Below are positions 15,701 to 28,176 of a stretch of 64,000 nucleotides of DNA, piece by piece (positions within the stretch are counted from its first letter, which is position 1; each line of letters opens with the position of its first letter). This DNA is from Antedon mediterranea. Lineage: Eukaryota > Animalia > Echinodermata. The stretch is from positions 16,988,001 to 17,052,000 of the forward strand of contig NC_092671.1 in the NCBI RefSeq assembly GCF_964355755.1, in the 5' to 3' direction. The position numbers were made by a program, and so were the translations under genes. The notes below the pieces were generated by a model. The model ran no database searches, was not told where the DNA came from, and was given only the letters and a program-made list of their open reading frames with translations.

Positions 15701-18700
15701 CATGATAATGATTATAATTATTAATTTTTCTTTTCTACAGGGCTGTTGTTGTTCAGAGTAGAGGTGTCTGGTATCGTGATGAAGGAGATCTTAGTCTCCA
15801 GATATGCCCAGAAGGTAAGGCTATAATATTATGATTTAAAATAACCTTTTCTTATTTATCCAAATCAGTTGTGTTGCACTATATAAATCATATTTTTTTA
15901 TGAGAATCATTTTAAGTTTGAAAACGATGTCATAGTCCATAGCTACATACAATACATAAATTGTATGGAGTTCAGTGGCGTAACACAGATGCCGTGAGGC
16001 CCCTGGTTTAGGAACCTTAATTGGCCGTCCAACGCTGGATGCTTTAGTCGTGTTTAGCTTTTTCGACATATTTTATTGCCTGTTTTTCCTCTTGCCACTC
16101 CTCAGGGGCCCCCATAAGCTCTGGGGCCCCCATAAGCTCTGGGGCCCCATAAGCTCTGGGGCCCCCATTAGCTCTTGGGGCCCCATAAGCTCAGGGCCCC
16201 CATAAGCTCTGGGGCCCCATAAGCTCTGGGGCCCCCATAAGCTCTGGAGCCCCCATAAGCTCTGGGGCCCCTGGGTTTAGCCAGTGAGCACTCGCAGCCA
16301 CTATGCCACTGGTTGAGTTTAATTCACCTATGAAAGTTGCAATTTTGCCACAAAGCATACAGTATATCTCTCGAAAAGATAAAACCATGTTAATATACCA
16401 TACATGTCGAATATCTGTTTAGTATATTGAGGGTACAAACATGCAATGATGAAAATGTGTTGTAATTTCATTAAGCTCACTACGTAAATCTGAAGCAAGT
16501 TTTTATCATTTCCTTTTAGTAGTAACAACATACACTATTTTACAATTTAGATTGATTTATTTACGATTTTAATGAGATTTTCTTCGTATGGACGAAGTGA
16601 AATGAAATGAAAAAAAAATGTTGTAATCATTATTGCACATAACTCTTCAAAAAAACGACAATTTACACCTTTTAAATGATAATTATAACACAACTTAAAC
16701 GATTATTTCTTAAATCTTCCATTAGATTTATGCAATTATTTTGAAATAAATGCCCACACAATTAATCTGAAATGTCAAGATACTTCAATGTTTGTTTTTA
16801 AAACCATTCATTCTCATCTATCAGTGCATGTGGTGCAAACCATTAACGTCATACATATTAAAATTATAGAAATGCATTCATATACAAAATGAGAATACTG
16901 GTATATATATTACGAATATTAAAGCTCAGGTACAGGCATGACTTAAAGCTCAGGTAGAGGCATGACTTAAAGCTCAGGTACAGGCATGACTTAAAGCTCA
17001 GGTACAGGCATGACTTAAAGCTCAGGTACAGGCATGACTTAAAGCTCAGGTACAGGCATGACTTAAAGCTCAGGTACAGACATGACTTAAAGCTCAGGTA
17101 CAGGCATGACTTAAAGCTCAGGTACAGGCATGACTTAAAGCTCAGGTACAGGCATGACTTAAAGCTCAGGTACAGGCATGACTTAAAGCTCAGGTACAGG
17201 CATGACTTAAAGCTCAGGTACAGGCATGACTTAAAGCTCAGGTAGAGGCATGACTTAAAGCTCAGGTACAGGCATGACTTAAAGCTCAGGTACAGGCATG
17301 ACTTAAAGCTCAGGTACAGGCATGACTTAAAGCTCAGGTACAGGCATGACTTAAAGCTCAGGTACAGGCATGACTTTTAAATATAATATCTGGTTAATTG
17401 TACATAAATCAAATATTTGTAACAGAAATCAAGACGAAAAAACATGAATTTCCCTAAATATTATGTCAAATACAAAATTTGGCAAATTTTTTTTTTCAGT
17501 AGTTAGGTAGTTTAATCTAATGTAATAACATCTCTGGTGACTCCCTAGAAGGTGAAAAAAGATGGTGGATATACGGTGGATAATTTTTGCTATAGCATGA
17601 AAATAAAAATCTGAAGTTGAATAAAAATACCAGAAATGTAAAATTCAAGTTATATTACCTATATTTAGTCATCTGATAACATTTTTCATAGCTTTTTAAA
17701 ATGCCTCTCTATTTACAAATTTTGTGTACAAATGAATATAGATTTTAATGTGTAATTTGAATTATCCCCCCACTGATAAGTGTTTATTTTCAAAAAGCTC
17801 GAGTAACACAAATAAAATTCTGAAACATTGGAGAAACTATAGATCGATAATTATTGGAATGTATGATCAATAGAAATTTTTTGCCCGCACTTGGCCTTTA
17901 ATGCAATGAAAACATTACATTTGCTGAATTACAGTAGTCAGTTGTTCTTTTTATGATCATGTAGAAAGGCTATGTAAAATTTGAAATTCAGAATATTGAA
18001 TAAATGTCATATAAACTGTATTTGTACTCTCTCTGTATGTAGACTATGTAGGCTAGTTGGTGTACATTTTCCATTAACTTCTGAAGTACATTACAGTTAG
18101 TCCTGCAAAGTAAGATGCTTTACTCCCATTGCCTCCTTTGGATGAGACATAAAGCCGTGGGTCTTGCGTACTTTCAATACTTGGTATAATATTTTTTTTA
18201 AGTAGGGCATTGTCTATGGATGGCCTAATCCGAATTTCCTCAGTTTCTAGTTAAGCTTGAGACAGCTAATACCTTAAAATATAAATTCATACAGATAACA
18301 AATTAGTGCCTGGATTTCAGATGAGTAATAATTATAGTTAAATGCTTATAAAATAAAATGAAGAGACAATTCCGAGCTTTTGGAAAGGACTACTGCATGC
18401 CTTCATTGGGTGTTATATAAAGTATATTACAATAAAAATTACTATATTGAACACAAAAAGTGTGTGGAACGAAATTTATTTATTTATTTATTTATTCATG
18501 TATAAGAAACATATTGAAAATTGACAGCCGAAGCTGAAATGAGTTGCATTACAAAGATAAAAAATACAACAAAAAAACATTGAAAAACATGACTTGCTAA
18601 AGTCTGATATAAAATACTGTGTTGAAATGTACTGTAGGGTCAAAATGTGTGTAGCAAAAAACATGGCAACTTTAACAAACAATTTCCAAATAAGGATGTG

Positions 18701-21700
18701 GGATAGACCCATTGGATAGCACAAATTAGACTGAATAAATTGCTCTCTTAACCCATTGTTTAATTTTGATTTTAACAATAACTTGTCAGGAACAAAGCTG
18801 AAACAAAGAATGACATTACCAGTACAAAGCAATATTGATTGTGCATTGTCTATCAGACATCCTAAGACAATAATTAGTTCTTTCCTGTTTTTTTTTCTTT
18901 CTATCATTAATATCTTTACTACCAAAACACTTTTTTTCCTGCTGTTTCCTAAAATAATGTTTATTTAATCACAATTGAAACATATTAAAAGAAATAAAAA
19001 TAGATATTTGATAGCTGACCTTTCCGGCAACAGAATCCTTTAAATTAGCAATCATCAACCGATCTCTTGTTACAAATTGTTGTATTGTTGGTTCTTGCAT
19101 TTGTCTAAAAATACATTTAAATGTATCTCAATGTATTCATGAAATAAATATACTTTGAATATAAATAAATTAGTTTAGTTTTCTAAATCATTGAGAATAT
19201 AGTTTGTGTAGAATGTATGATAGATCAATTTGGTTTCTTAAAATCCTATGCTAAACACAAACCATCCACTAGTCTGACACTGGACATCCTAAAACATTAT
19301 AATGTAAATGGTTATACTGTATCACAGAATTATATTTAGTTGATCTGCACTCTAGTGTGGGTCACCTGTTGAGATTGTCAAGTCTCTTTTTTGTCTTCTA
19401 TGTTTCTACACTAAATTTTGATAGTTGTCTCATAAGTTGCTTTCTTTTATTGTTTGACGGTTTCGTGACGTTTCAATCAAAATACTTTGATCGTTGATGG
19501 CATTCTCACTCCTGAGGAAGATCAAAGTATATTGATCGAAACGTCAAGAAACTCAACAGTTCTTTTCAGAACTAACGTGGTATACCGTAAGCTTTATAAA
19601 GTATCAACAATTGTTTTCTTTTAGTTACTTGGCCTTCTACCACACCTGTTGAGCCAGCAAACGAATGCTGCGCTCCTGGATCTGCAAAGTATCACATGAC
19701 ATTTGTTGGAACATGGTCACGTCTAACACACCCAAAAGATTACCCACCTGGTAAGTGTCATTAATGTTAAGCTTATAATAAGTCAATGTAGATGTGATGA
19801 TAAAATCCATAAGTTGAAAGTTTAAACCCCAACATGTAGAAACTAATATTTTATAAGGCACAACTTACAAGGCTGGAAATTCACCATATTCAATCACATA
19901 ATAATGTTAAAATCTTTATTTTGTAGAAAAGATTTGTTTACAAACAAACATGAAGAATGGAAGAACTAATGTTTTATAAGGCACAAGGCTTGAAATTCAC
20001 AATTATTGTTACCCCGTTTATTATAATAAAATCTTTATTTTATAACGGAAATAAGATCTTCTTTCTACATCTAGGAGTATAAACAAATAGGCACATGTAA
20101 GGTATCATCTATATTAAGCCTAAAAATCTTGTTTGAAAAACTTTTTTTTAAATGGTTCCCTAAATTGTTTATAAAACCCACTAATGTACCATTATATGAT
20201 TACATTTACGATAGATGGAATATCATAATGCCTATGACAACTTAATGTGAAATACTAGCTAACTCTTCAATGTACAAAGTAAAATATATAACTCCAAGCA
20301 ATGAAATGTCATTAGCATTCAATATTTCGATATACCATTTGTGTAGTCTAAAAAATAAGTCAACCAATCAATTCCACAATTTATAAATGTGATAGCAGGG
20401 GCAGATCCGCTAAACATTTAATATTAATAGTTAGTCAAAAATTAAATAGTAGTTCATAATTTTATTTAATCTGTCAAAATAAGGAAGTACATGCCCCAAG
20501 CAATAGCGGAATAATAATCTTGTTTGTATTGCGTTTCATTTATTATATTGTTTTCGATATACAATTTTAAAATGATTTCCACAGATTACATAAATCATTG
20601 GTCTCCATTTGTTGGAGCAACCCACAGTAAAGATTATGTTATTTGGGAATATGGTGGCTATTCTACTACGGGTGTAAAAGAAGTCGCTGAATGGGGATCA
20701 GCTTCTGCTATGGAAAATGAAATTAAAGAACAGGTAAAGTTATACTCTATAATGTATATTCCTGTAAGCCTATGCTCACCTGATTCTCTGTACTGTATCT
20801 CTACATTGTATACTTTGACCAGTAACATAGGCAAATTCTATAATACAGTGTCACGTATACATCACATGTGATACATTCTACACATAGAATATACCTATGA
20901 TACTGGACAAATCATACATACTGTAAAAATCGACTACTACTAATAATTGAAAAATATATTACAAGATAATGTGTTCCTAAAATCTTAAAATTAAAGAAAC
21001 ATAATATCTTAAAAATCGCATGGACCTACATCTTATATAGAAAAAGTTATTATTTGCAAAAAAAAACAAGTATTGGTTATAGGCGAGACAAAGAGACGGC
21101 AATGCCATAAAAAACCTAGACAATTATACGTGTTTTGAATTCAGCTTGAAGCCTCTGGCTGATATGGAATAATTTTAGACTTTAGAAATTTAGCATCATT
21201 TCTTTTATATTGTAATTAAGTTGACCGGACAACGCATGATTCAAATTTCTATTTATGAATGTTGACTGGAATTTAATTTAGTAAATGGATTTCTAGCACT
21301 TATAGTAAATGTTTAGTTATTCTGCATTAGTGTAAATATTTTTCAGTAGTAAATTAACTATAGTACTAAAAAAAATGTATTCACTTGTTCAATGTAAAAA
21401 TTCAAAAAATGTACTCATGGCAAGTGTCCACTGAGGCTGTGCTGCATTATAGCCTAAACAATTATATACTGGATAAAAATAAATAGTGTATTCTCATTTT
21501 AACCCTTTTAAAACCAAAATCATAGTTTATCATTGACAATAGCATCATCACAGCCAATATATGTTACGTATTGAAGGCTTGTTTAAATATTGAATTATAT
21601 TTGGCAATATTTGGAATGTTGTGAATTTGTAAAACATATAGAATTTGCGTAAGACAACATTTAAGTACGATTAAACAAGTTAAATACATTTGTAACATGC

Positions 21701-24700
21701 ACCTATATAAAAAATGTAAAAAGACCTTGTTCTCACAAACTATGCCACAAGGCTTATCATAAAACGTGATCGAACCATCGTTTAAGATGCATCAAAACTG
21801 ACCTAAATCTATTTGAGTTGGCAAGTATTGCGATGCTAATACCTAAGGCATCAAGTTGACACAGATTATAACACTGCCTGTTGATTTCAACAAATCTTAA
21901 AATGTTGCTATGTAATTTACTGACCTCTTTCTGTGCGTTTCATGTGTGTCTGTCTGTGTGTCAGTACTTGGATTGTGTTTTTCACTACAGATATCAAATG
22001 ACCTATTTTTGGAAATAAAAGAAAAATTTAAATAAGTGACAATATGGTAATGATCAAGATAATGAAGATAAATTGCATTCATAATTTGATTAGCATTTTG
22101 ATATTGTTGAGCTTATAAAATCATTTATTATAAAATTAAATGATAAATTGTATATTTTAGGATCGTCTAATACCAAAGAATATTAATTAAAAGGCAAAAT
22201 AATGAAAAAATGACAATTCTGTGGGTGCAGATATAGATAGATATAGATATAACATATTTCTATTCCCAAATTATTATTACTCACTGATAAAATTGTATTA
22301 TAAATCAGGCTGTTTTTTCAATGTTTTGTTATAGAATAATAATGATGGTAATAATAATACATAATAATACATAATAATACAGTAATTATATCTATTGATA
22401 TTTTACCTTGATTGTAAATGTGTAAATTTATATCTAGCCTACAACCATGTCAAAGGAAAAGCGCTTCTTATTTTTAGTATTCACTTATTTTTCACCAAGA
22501 AAAAACCATGACAGAAAAAAGTACCAAATACATAATTATGTATCCATTTCAATTGTTATGTATGTTTTCACAATTAAGTACCATTTCTATGAGTTGCTTT
22601 ATGTATTATTTATATACTAATTAATATATAGTGTTAAGCAAATAATAAATTAAAACCTTATACATATTTGTCAATTGTAATTTGTCATATATTTTAGAAT
22701 AATGTACCAACAGTGAGTAATAAACATAATAATGGTATGAATATCTATTTAATTTTTAAAAATTTTAAATATTTTTTACAGGTAAAAGTTGGTAATGTGC
22801 GTACAGCATTTCGAACAAAGGGATTATGGCCCGCCAGGGGTAACATGTCTGTAACCTTTAGTACGGATGCCTCACATCCGTACGTATCAGGATTAACAAT
22901 GATCGGTCCGAGCCCTGACTGGAACCTGGGAATTAGCAACGTGAACATGTGTATGGATGACTGCACATGGCTTGATCAAGCGGAATTTGACCTGTTGCCA
23001 TGGGATGCAGGAACAGACAGTGGTGTTACTTATATGGTCAGTGTTTTAAAAATTGATTTATTTTTATTATTTTAGGATATTTTTGCTTTAAGCAAAACTA
23101 CTCCATAATTCTGTCTTTCTAGTAAAATCTAAAGATCGGATCCTTTTAGATCAATTGAGTCAATTTTTTTTAAACAGTTATCAACATCTCTTCAACGTTT
23201 CTTTTAAGATTCTGCAAAAGCTTTCAAAAACATATTATATTTAAAAAACATTTTTTAGCTTTCTATGGATTTAAAAATATTGCCATTGATTTTGTTCAAA
23301 ACCCATGAGAGAGTTCTTTATTAAAAATAAGAAATGTATAATTTGAACATAAAATATTAATGGAATATTTTCTGTATTACAGCATACTGGTAAAAAAACA
23401 TGTTTTGAATTATGTTATGAAAAAATTTAAATTGTTACATAATTATATTTATTATGATAATTAAATAAATGAATAAGTATTAAATTACATTTATTTTCTT
23501 TATGTATTTAGTATTATTTTTAGTATAATATGTTAATTTTGTTCTTATTATTTTAACAGTCTGCCAATTCACCAACAAACCCCCAGGAACCAATACGCGA
23601 AATCACCAGCCTTGACAGTCCGCAAAGCCCGTTTTATGATCCAAGTGGCAGTGCTATAGAACCTCTTGCTAAGTTGTACATAGAAAAAATATGCAGGCAT
23701 GGAACACATTGCTCTACCAATACAAACAGTAAGTAGCACTAGTAGCCTACAGCTGATGAAGGTTCTGTTACTCACCATTAGGGGTCATGTGTATAGTATT
23801 TTCTGCTGGGGTTAGGATTCCAGATCTTGTGGTGGTTGCTGGATCCATGTGGACAGTACAATTTCAGTTCCATCTACAAATTGGTGGGAAAACTAGCATC
23901 AGCATCTGACCCATTTTTCATTGGAACACATGTTGGGCAGAACTTCTGATTTTACCTGAATAAAACAAAACAAAGCCAAGAATATTCTTCATAAAAATTT
24001 GATTTTGGTATTCAAAAATAAATTTTAAATGAGCAAATAAATAATATAGATAGACTAACAATATTAAGAAAGATGTTACAATTTGTATTAGTACTGTAAT
24101 ACAACTTTCTTTAAAATATTATAAAATGTTTCGTTTAACTTGTGATTTTGTAATGTAAAAGACATCTCTTCTATCATGACATACATTATCACAGTGAAAG
24201 CAAATTATAGTAAATAAGGAGACAAAATCATGTGAAAAATTGCAGAGTTATATTTTTGCATGTCAAAGGCATTTCCGCTATCTACTTATCTTCCTAATTG
24301 TAATAAAATGCCAGTTCAAGGCAAGAGTTAATACTTTCTCTTAAAAACACATCATTTTTACTCAAATTTGGATCGATAAAATATATCAGAAATTAGTGTC
24401 ACAACGTTGTTCTTTCATAATTGCTTAACTACAGTTCATCATAGCAACGGCATAAATCAAGCTGCTTTCGTCAGCTTGCCAATATCCAAGTGATGATAGT
24501 GAGAATAATTAACTTGGTATTATTAATCTGCAAAGAAAACTAGTCAAAGAATTTTTTTTAGTAAGTTAAGTGGTTTAATGCATTTGTGTTTTTCTTTCAT
24601 CTTGGGTAGCTCATGACTCATCTTCTGGAGGAATGATGAAAAAACCATCTATGATGTCTCCGAAGATGATGAAGACAATGCCACCAAAGAAAATGATGCC

Positions 24701-27157
24701 AGGTGGCGAAGTAACTATGCCACCAAAGAACATGCATGGTGGCGAGGTTACAATGCCACCAAAGAATATGGGTGGTGATGGTGTCATTATGCCACCAAAA
24801 AAAAACATGCCTGTCACCATGCCACCTAAAATTATGCCACCAAAAGAAGGTAGGTAATTTAACATTTATTTTGGCTACAGATTACAGTACTATGAATTAA
24901 TGGTTTTTTTTATTAGGTTGCAGGCTTAACACTGTCCAGCTATGTCAGAACAAAGAAAAGCAACATTCCCATTGATTTAATGTACCATAATGAACCCTCT
25001 AATCGGTATACACTGTCATAACCACTTACTGATCTTATATAGAAACAAGCATAGTAACTTTTAGTAACATGGGCATTGTTACCATAGCATTAAAGCATGG
25101 ACACAAAGCAAGAACGTCAGCGCAATTATAATGATTTGACCGATGACGATGAGATAGATGAGGATTGCGCTTATGTTTTTGCGTTCTATTGCCTTTCTTT
25201 ACTAGGGTTAATGTACAAATACGATTGTCATATCTGTATAATTTTTAATGTGTATATTGAGTTTCAGACATGGTTTGATGATTTTTCTATTTTGGACTAA
25301 TATTCCTATCCAAAATTTAATATCTGAACTGATGGTTAGAGTGGCATAAATAACATTATAAAATGAATATATAATGACCTCTGATGTTGCAAAGCAAATA
25401 TAGGTCTCAGATTCATTTTTAAAATATACTGTAATTTATAACCTTTATAGCAAGAAAATTAAGTATGTGAATGTAAAAGTGTATTACCTGTTGCCATCAC
25501 CGAAAGTGTAATGAAAAATGAACACCAACAACTTGAAACAGGACTTTTGAATGTAGTCTACATGGCAATCTAGCTACAAAAAACAAAGAGAGAAAATGTA
25601 TTCATTAAAAAGGAATTTAGTTGACAATTAAGTAGTGACATTTTAAAGATGTATTGTCCCTTGAAACACAAAAAATGAAGGTCAAAATATTCTAAATTTA
25701 AATTGGTCATATCAAAGTAATATAAAAGTTATTCACTTTAAGTCGAAAATTCGAGCCAAAAACAACAAGTTTACATAATTAACAGGTAAATTAATTTGAT
25801 TACATTTCGTCTGGAAAATCGTCGTGAGCGAAAGTAAACAAAGATTTCAAACCACGAGTATGCATTATGCAAATTAGGATTGTTTCAGTTAAATGATTTT
25901 TTTTCCAGACTAATTTTTGGACAGTTAATAACTATTATGATACTTCAAAATGACCCACTTTTTTACGAAATATTTTTTTGGAATTAGTCAACATCTTTAA
26001 TAAAACATACATACATACATTTTAAAAGTGGAATTAAAAAAAATTCACTACAAAGAAAAACATATTCAAGAATTGGTACGACAGTATTCACCTTTTTATA
26101 TTCAGATACGTCTCAAGTAACCAACACAGAAGCTATTGTTGATTGTATGATGTCCGAGTGGAGTCCGTGGTCAGAGTGTACTAAGACATGCGGAAAAGGC
26201 AAAATGAGTCGTACACGAATGGTGAAATTAAAACCAAGAAATGGCGGTGAAAAATGTGGAAAGAAAAGGGAAAAGAAAACTTGTAATTTACAACCATGCT
26301 GTGAGTTGACTTGAAATAAAACATTTATAATAAGTTATTCACTTTTTAAAGTTTAGATATTTGTTTAAAATATACATATTATTAAAAGCAAAAATACAGT
26401 TACTTTGAATTGTGTTTCAATCAGAGAAATTGGTAATTACTGTATCTACTAATTACCTGTACCATAAAAATATGCTTAAGGAACCATAAATAAATACTAA
26501 TGAAATAATGTTACTCCATGGTAAAGGTTAATTACTTAATGAATTACATCAATACTAATTATTATTAAAGATAGGATTGATACCATCTGTAGGTATACGT
26601 CATCTAAACCAAATAAGACGCAGTCATTTTGTATTAAGCACGGTTTTAATCAATTAGTTGCCAAAAAGGAGAACTTTAATGTGTTTCTGAATATAGTATG
26701 GTTTGACCAAATCAACATCGATTTACCATACGGGAAACACAGTTGTCAGCATGAAACAGTTTCAGTTCAAAATTCACATTACTTTTTGTTAATGTACAAC
26801 ATAATGTAGACGTAGGGGAAATCTGATCACTTTTCATGAACGAAATAGAAAAAGAGTAGAAAATGCAAAAGTCGCAATATCTATTCCAGGTCGAAAACCG
26901 ATTTCACTTAAAAATTATCAATTCCCAGGATATATATAGTTTTAAAAATTCTTTCTTTTTCTTTTCCAACAGCAAGAGATTGTAAAATGAGCAAATGGTC
27001 AAGATGGTCTGAGTGTTCAAGTTCGTGCGGTGAACCTGGAATGATGATAAGAACACGCAGAGTAATTGAAGAGCAGATCGGTGACGGCAAACCTTGTTCA
27101 GCTGTGATGGGCGAGAAGATGTGCAAACCAGGCCCATGTCCGCTATTATATATTTAG
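3594..27157 (+). CDS. SPON1: Spondin-1 (F-spondin)-like secreted ECM protein, 11 coding exons, ~606 aa
   Basis: Exons 3594-3789, 7299-7393, 8052-8188, 15741-15814, 19625-19750, 20585-20733, 22782-23036, 23560-23728, 24610-24849, 26106-26300, 26973-27157. All introns are GT-AG with compatible phases; total 1821 nt. Reeler motifs (FIGFML, WTAPSGD..PCVLFRAVVVQSRGVWY), Spondin_N motifs (CCAPGSAKYHMTFVGTWS..THPKDYP, HWSPFVGATHS, IGPSPDW, LLPWDAGTDSGVTY) and two TSP1 repeats (WSPWSECTKTCG, WSRWSECSSSCG). Confidence 0.93.
4181..4326. mobile_element. MITE family A copy (opposite orientation)
   Basis: ctctgtctacactatcaaac...tgtgtagacagagc. Confidence 0.8.
7299..7393 (+). CDS. SPON1: spondin exon 2 (Reeler)
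   Basis: tttttag| VSIASILPTSFIGFMLTASDATDVSRSVGTFE |gtaac. Confidence 0.85.
8052..8188 (+). CDS. SPON1: spondin exon 3 (Reeler)
   Basis: LLDSRGSMFAPFCTHAVTHTSNMMRTRIGFRWTAPSGDNAPCVLFR; ag/gt boundaries. Confidence 0.9.
11266..11866. mobile_element. Harbinger-like non-autonomous element, ~600 bp
   Basis: taa|ggctgtgtttatacaaca ... tgttgtataaacgcaccc|taa (TIR plus TAA TSD). Confidence 0.7.
12591..12954. mobile_element. Harbinger-like MITE
   Basis: TIR gccttgtttgcact / agtgcgaacaaggc, followed by taa. Confidence 0.6.
13789..13921. mobile_element. MITE family A copy
   Basis: taagctctgtctacactatcaaac...gtttgatagtgtagaccaagcttta. Confidence 0.82.
15105..15356. repeat. Direct duplication of ~90 bp with period ~160
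   Basis: ccttttgggcataatattttttagaacagtgtacta...gcatgtacaaaataatgcatgtgatatttta occurs twice. Confidence 0.85.
15741..15814 (+). CDS. SPON1: spondin exon 4 (end of Reeler)
   Basis: AVVVQSRGVWYRDEGDLSLQICPE; phases 2/1 fit the neighbouring exons. Confidence 0.9.
15973..16311. mobile_element. hAT-like MITE carrying an internal 17-18 bp GC-rich minisatellite (16105-16271)
   Basis: TIRs CAGTGGCGTA...TATGCCACTG; imperfect 8-bp TSD atggagtt/gttgagtt; about 9 copies of GGGGCCCCCATAAGCTCT. Confidence 0.75.
16919..17376. repeat. 24-bp minisatellite, ~19 copies
   Basis: Unit TTAAAGCTCAGGTACAGGCATGAC. Confidence 0.98.
17351..17901. mobile_element. Non-autonomous TTAA-flanked DNA element (Kolobok-like AG..CT termini)
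   Basis: Left end ttaa|agctcaggtacaggca; right end ttgcccgcacttggcct|ttaa (reverse complement ttaaaggccaagtgcgggcaa); about 15/21 match. Confidence 0.5.
19625..19750 (+). CDS. SPON1: spondin exon 5 (start of Spondin_N)
   Basis: ECCAPGSAKYHMTFVGTWSRLTHPKDYPP. Confidence 0.92.
20585..20733 (+). CDS. SPON1: spondin exon 6 (Spondin_N)
   Basis: NHWSPFVGATHSKDYVIWEYGGYSTTGVKEVAEWG. Confidence 0.93.
22782..23036 (+). CDS. SPON1: spondin exon 7 (Spondin_N)
   Basis: MIGPSPDWNLGIS...LLPWDAGTDSGVTYM. Confidence 0.95.
23560..23728 (+). CDS. SPON1: spondin exon 8 (end of Spondin_N)
   Basis: SANSPTNPQEPIREITSLDSPQSPFYDPSGSAIEPLAKLYIEK. Confidence 0.92.
24610..24849 (+). CDS. SPON1: spondin exon 9 (Met/Pro/Lys-rich MPPK repeat linker)
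   Basis: Open frame between tag| and g|gtagg, phase 1/1, 240 nt; six MPPK motifs with synonymous codon variation. Confidence 0.75.
25647..25996. mobile_element. TTAA-flanked MITE (Kolobok-like); TIR related to family B
   Basis: ttaa|agatgtattgtccc ... acatct|ttaa. Confidence 0.5.
26106..26300 (+). CDS. SPON1: spondin exon 10 (basic TSP1 repeat)
   Basis: VDCMMSEWSPWSECTKTCGKGKMSRTRMVKLKPRNGGEKCGKKREKKTCNLQPC. Confidence 0.93.
26973..27157 (+). CDS. SPON1: spondin exon 11 (TSP1 repeat, stop)
   Basis: RDCKMSKWSRWSECSSSCGEPGMMIRTRRV...GKPC...CKPGPCPLLYI*. Confidence 0.92.
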
Positions 27158-28176
27158 TATTTTTCTACAAAATTAAATAGATTCATTTTACAGCACACTT
27201 ATATACAAGAAATATGGGTATTATCATAAATTCATAATTTAAACATAAAAAACAGTTCGTGTAAAAATAACATGTATCATTTATATATAATAAACTGTAA
27301 TTGCCTTCGGAGACGGAAAGCAAAACGTGAATTAACTAGCTTTTGTATAAACATCAATGAAAAGATGTTCATCAAACCTTAATAAAGGGAATATGTTCAG
27401 ACTAACAGTTTAAATAGGTAGCAGCGATGCAGTATGTATTAAATGATTTTGAACTAGAGGCACTACCTTGTATTGGGAGTGCAATGGTACAGGCAATTGT
27501 AATCAATAAGTAGGCACTACAAGATAATGATGGAATTTCCACGCTAGATATTCAACACCTTTCATTAAACATGCTGTGAGTCACCAGATATATTTAAACA
27601 CTGCAACTTATAAAACATTTTGAATTGAATCACTGATTTTATGCAGCTGATATGCTGTTTATAAACACATAGATACGCTTATTCAATATGAACACTTGGT
27701 AAATAAAATAAGTTCCTTATGGTGCCTATTCGATCATTTACACAATATACATCACAACACATGCATATCATGTGTATGCTTTTGGTTAACTACAATGAAC
27801 AACTATGTACAGTAAATGCACAGTAGATATAATATAAATAATGTACTTTTGGCAAATTATGTTTGCATTAAATTGTTTTAAGATACAGCATATTTGTATT
27901 CAGTTGTGGCAGTTGCTTATTCGCCATTGGTACTAATTTAATCATTTATAGTATGACATGCAGGTAGCGTTGTTTATATTCAGATTCAATATAAATGCCA
28001 ATACTTCAGTTATGGTTGGCTGATTTTGACATTAAGTAACATTGTAAATAATCTATGTTTCTTCATTCTTCACACGATTACTTGTAAATAGATTAAGGAA
28101 CAACTTAGACAAAGGGAGAAACAATTATTTGTCCTTTACCACAATGAATTCCATTTGGAAAACCTGTTGTAAACTA

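Noticed and set aside
16191-16388. ORF with GAPELM repeats
   Set aside because: It is a translation of the MITE-internal minisatellite.
16919-17376. CRISPR-like 24-bp repeats
   Set aside because: Head-to-tail repeats without spacers.
18488-18968. 145-aa and 70-aa overlapping ORFs
   Set aside because: AT-rich intronic sequence with no recognisable motifs or splice structure.
24611-24865. Antisense ORF (84 aa, FFGGIV repeats)
   Set aside because: It is the mirror frame of the MPPK exon; the splice signals support the + strand.
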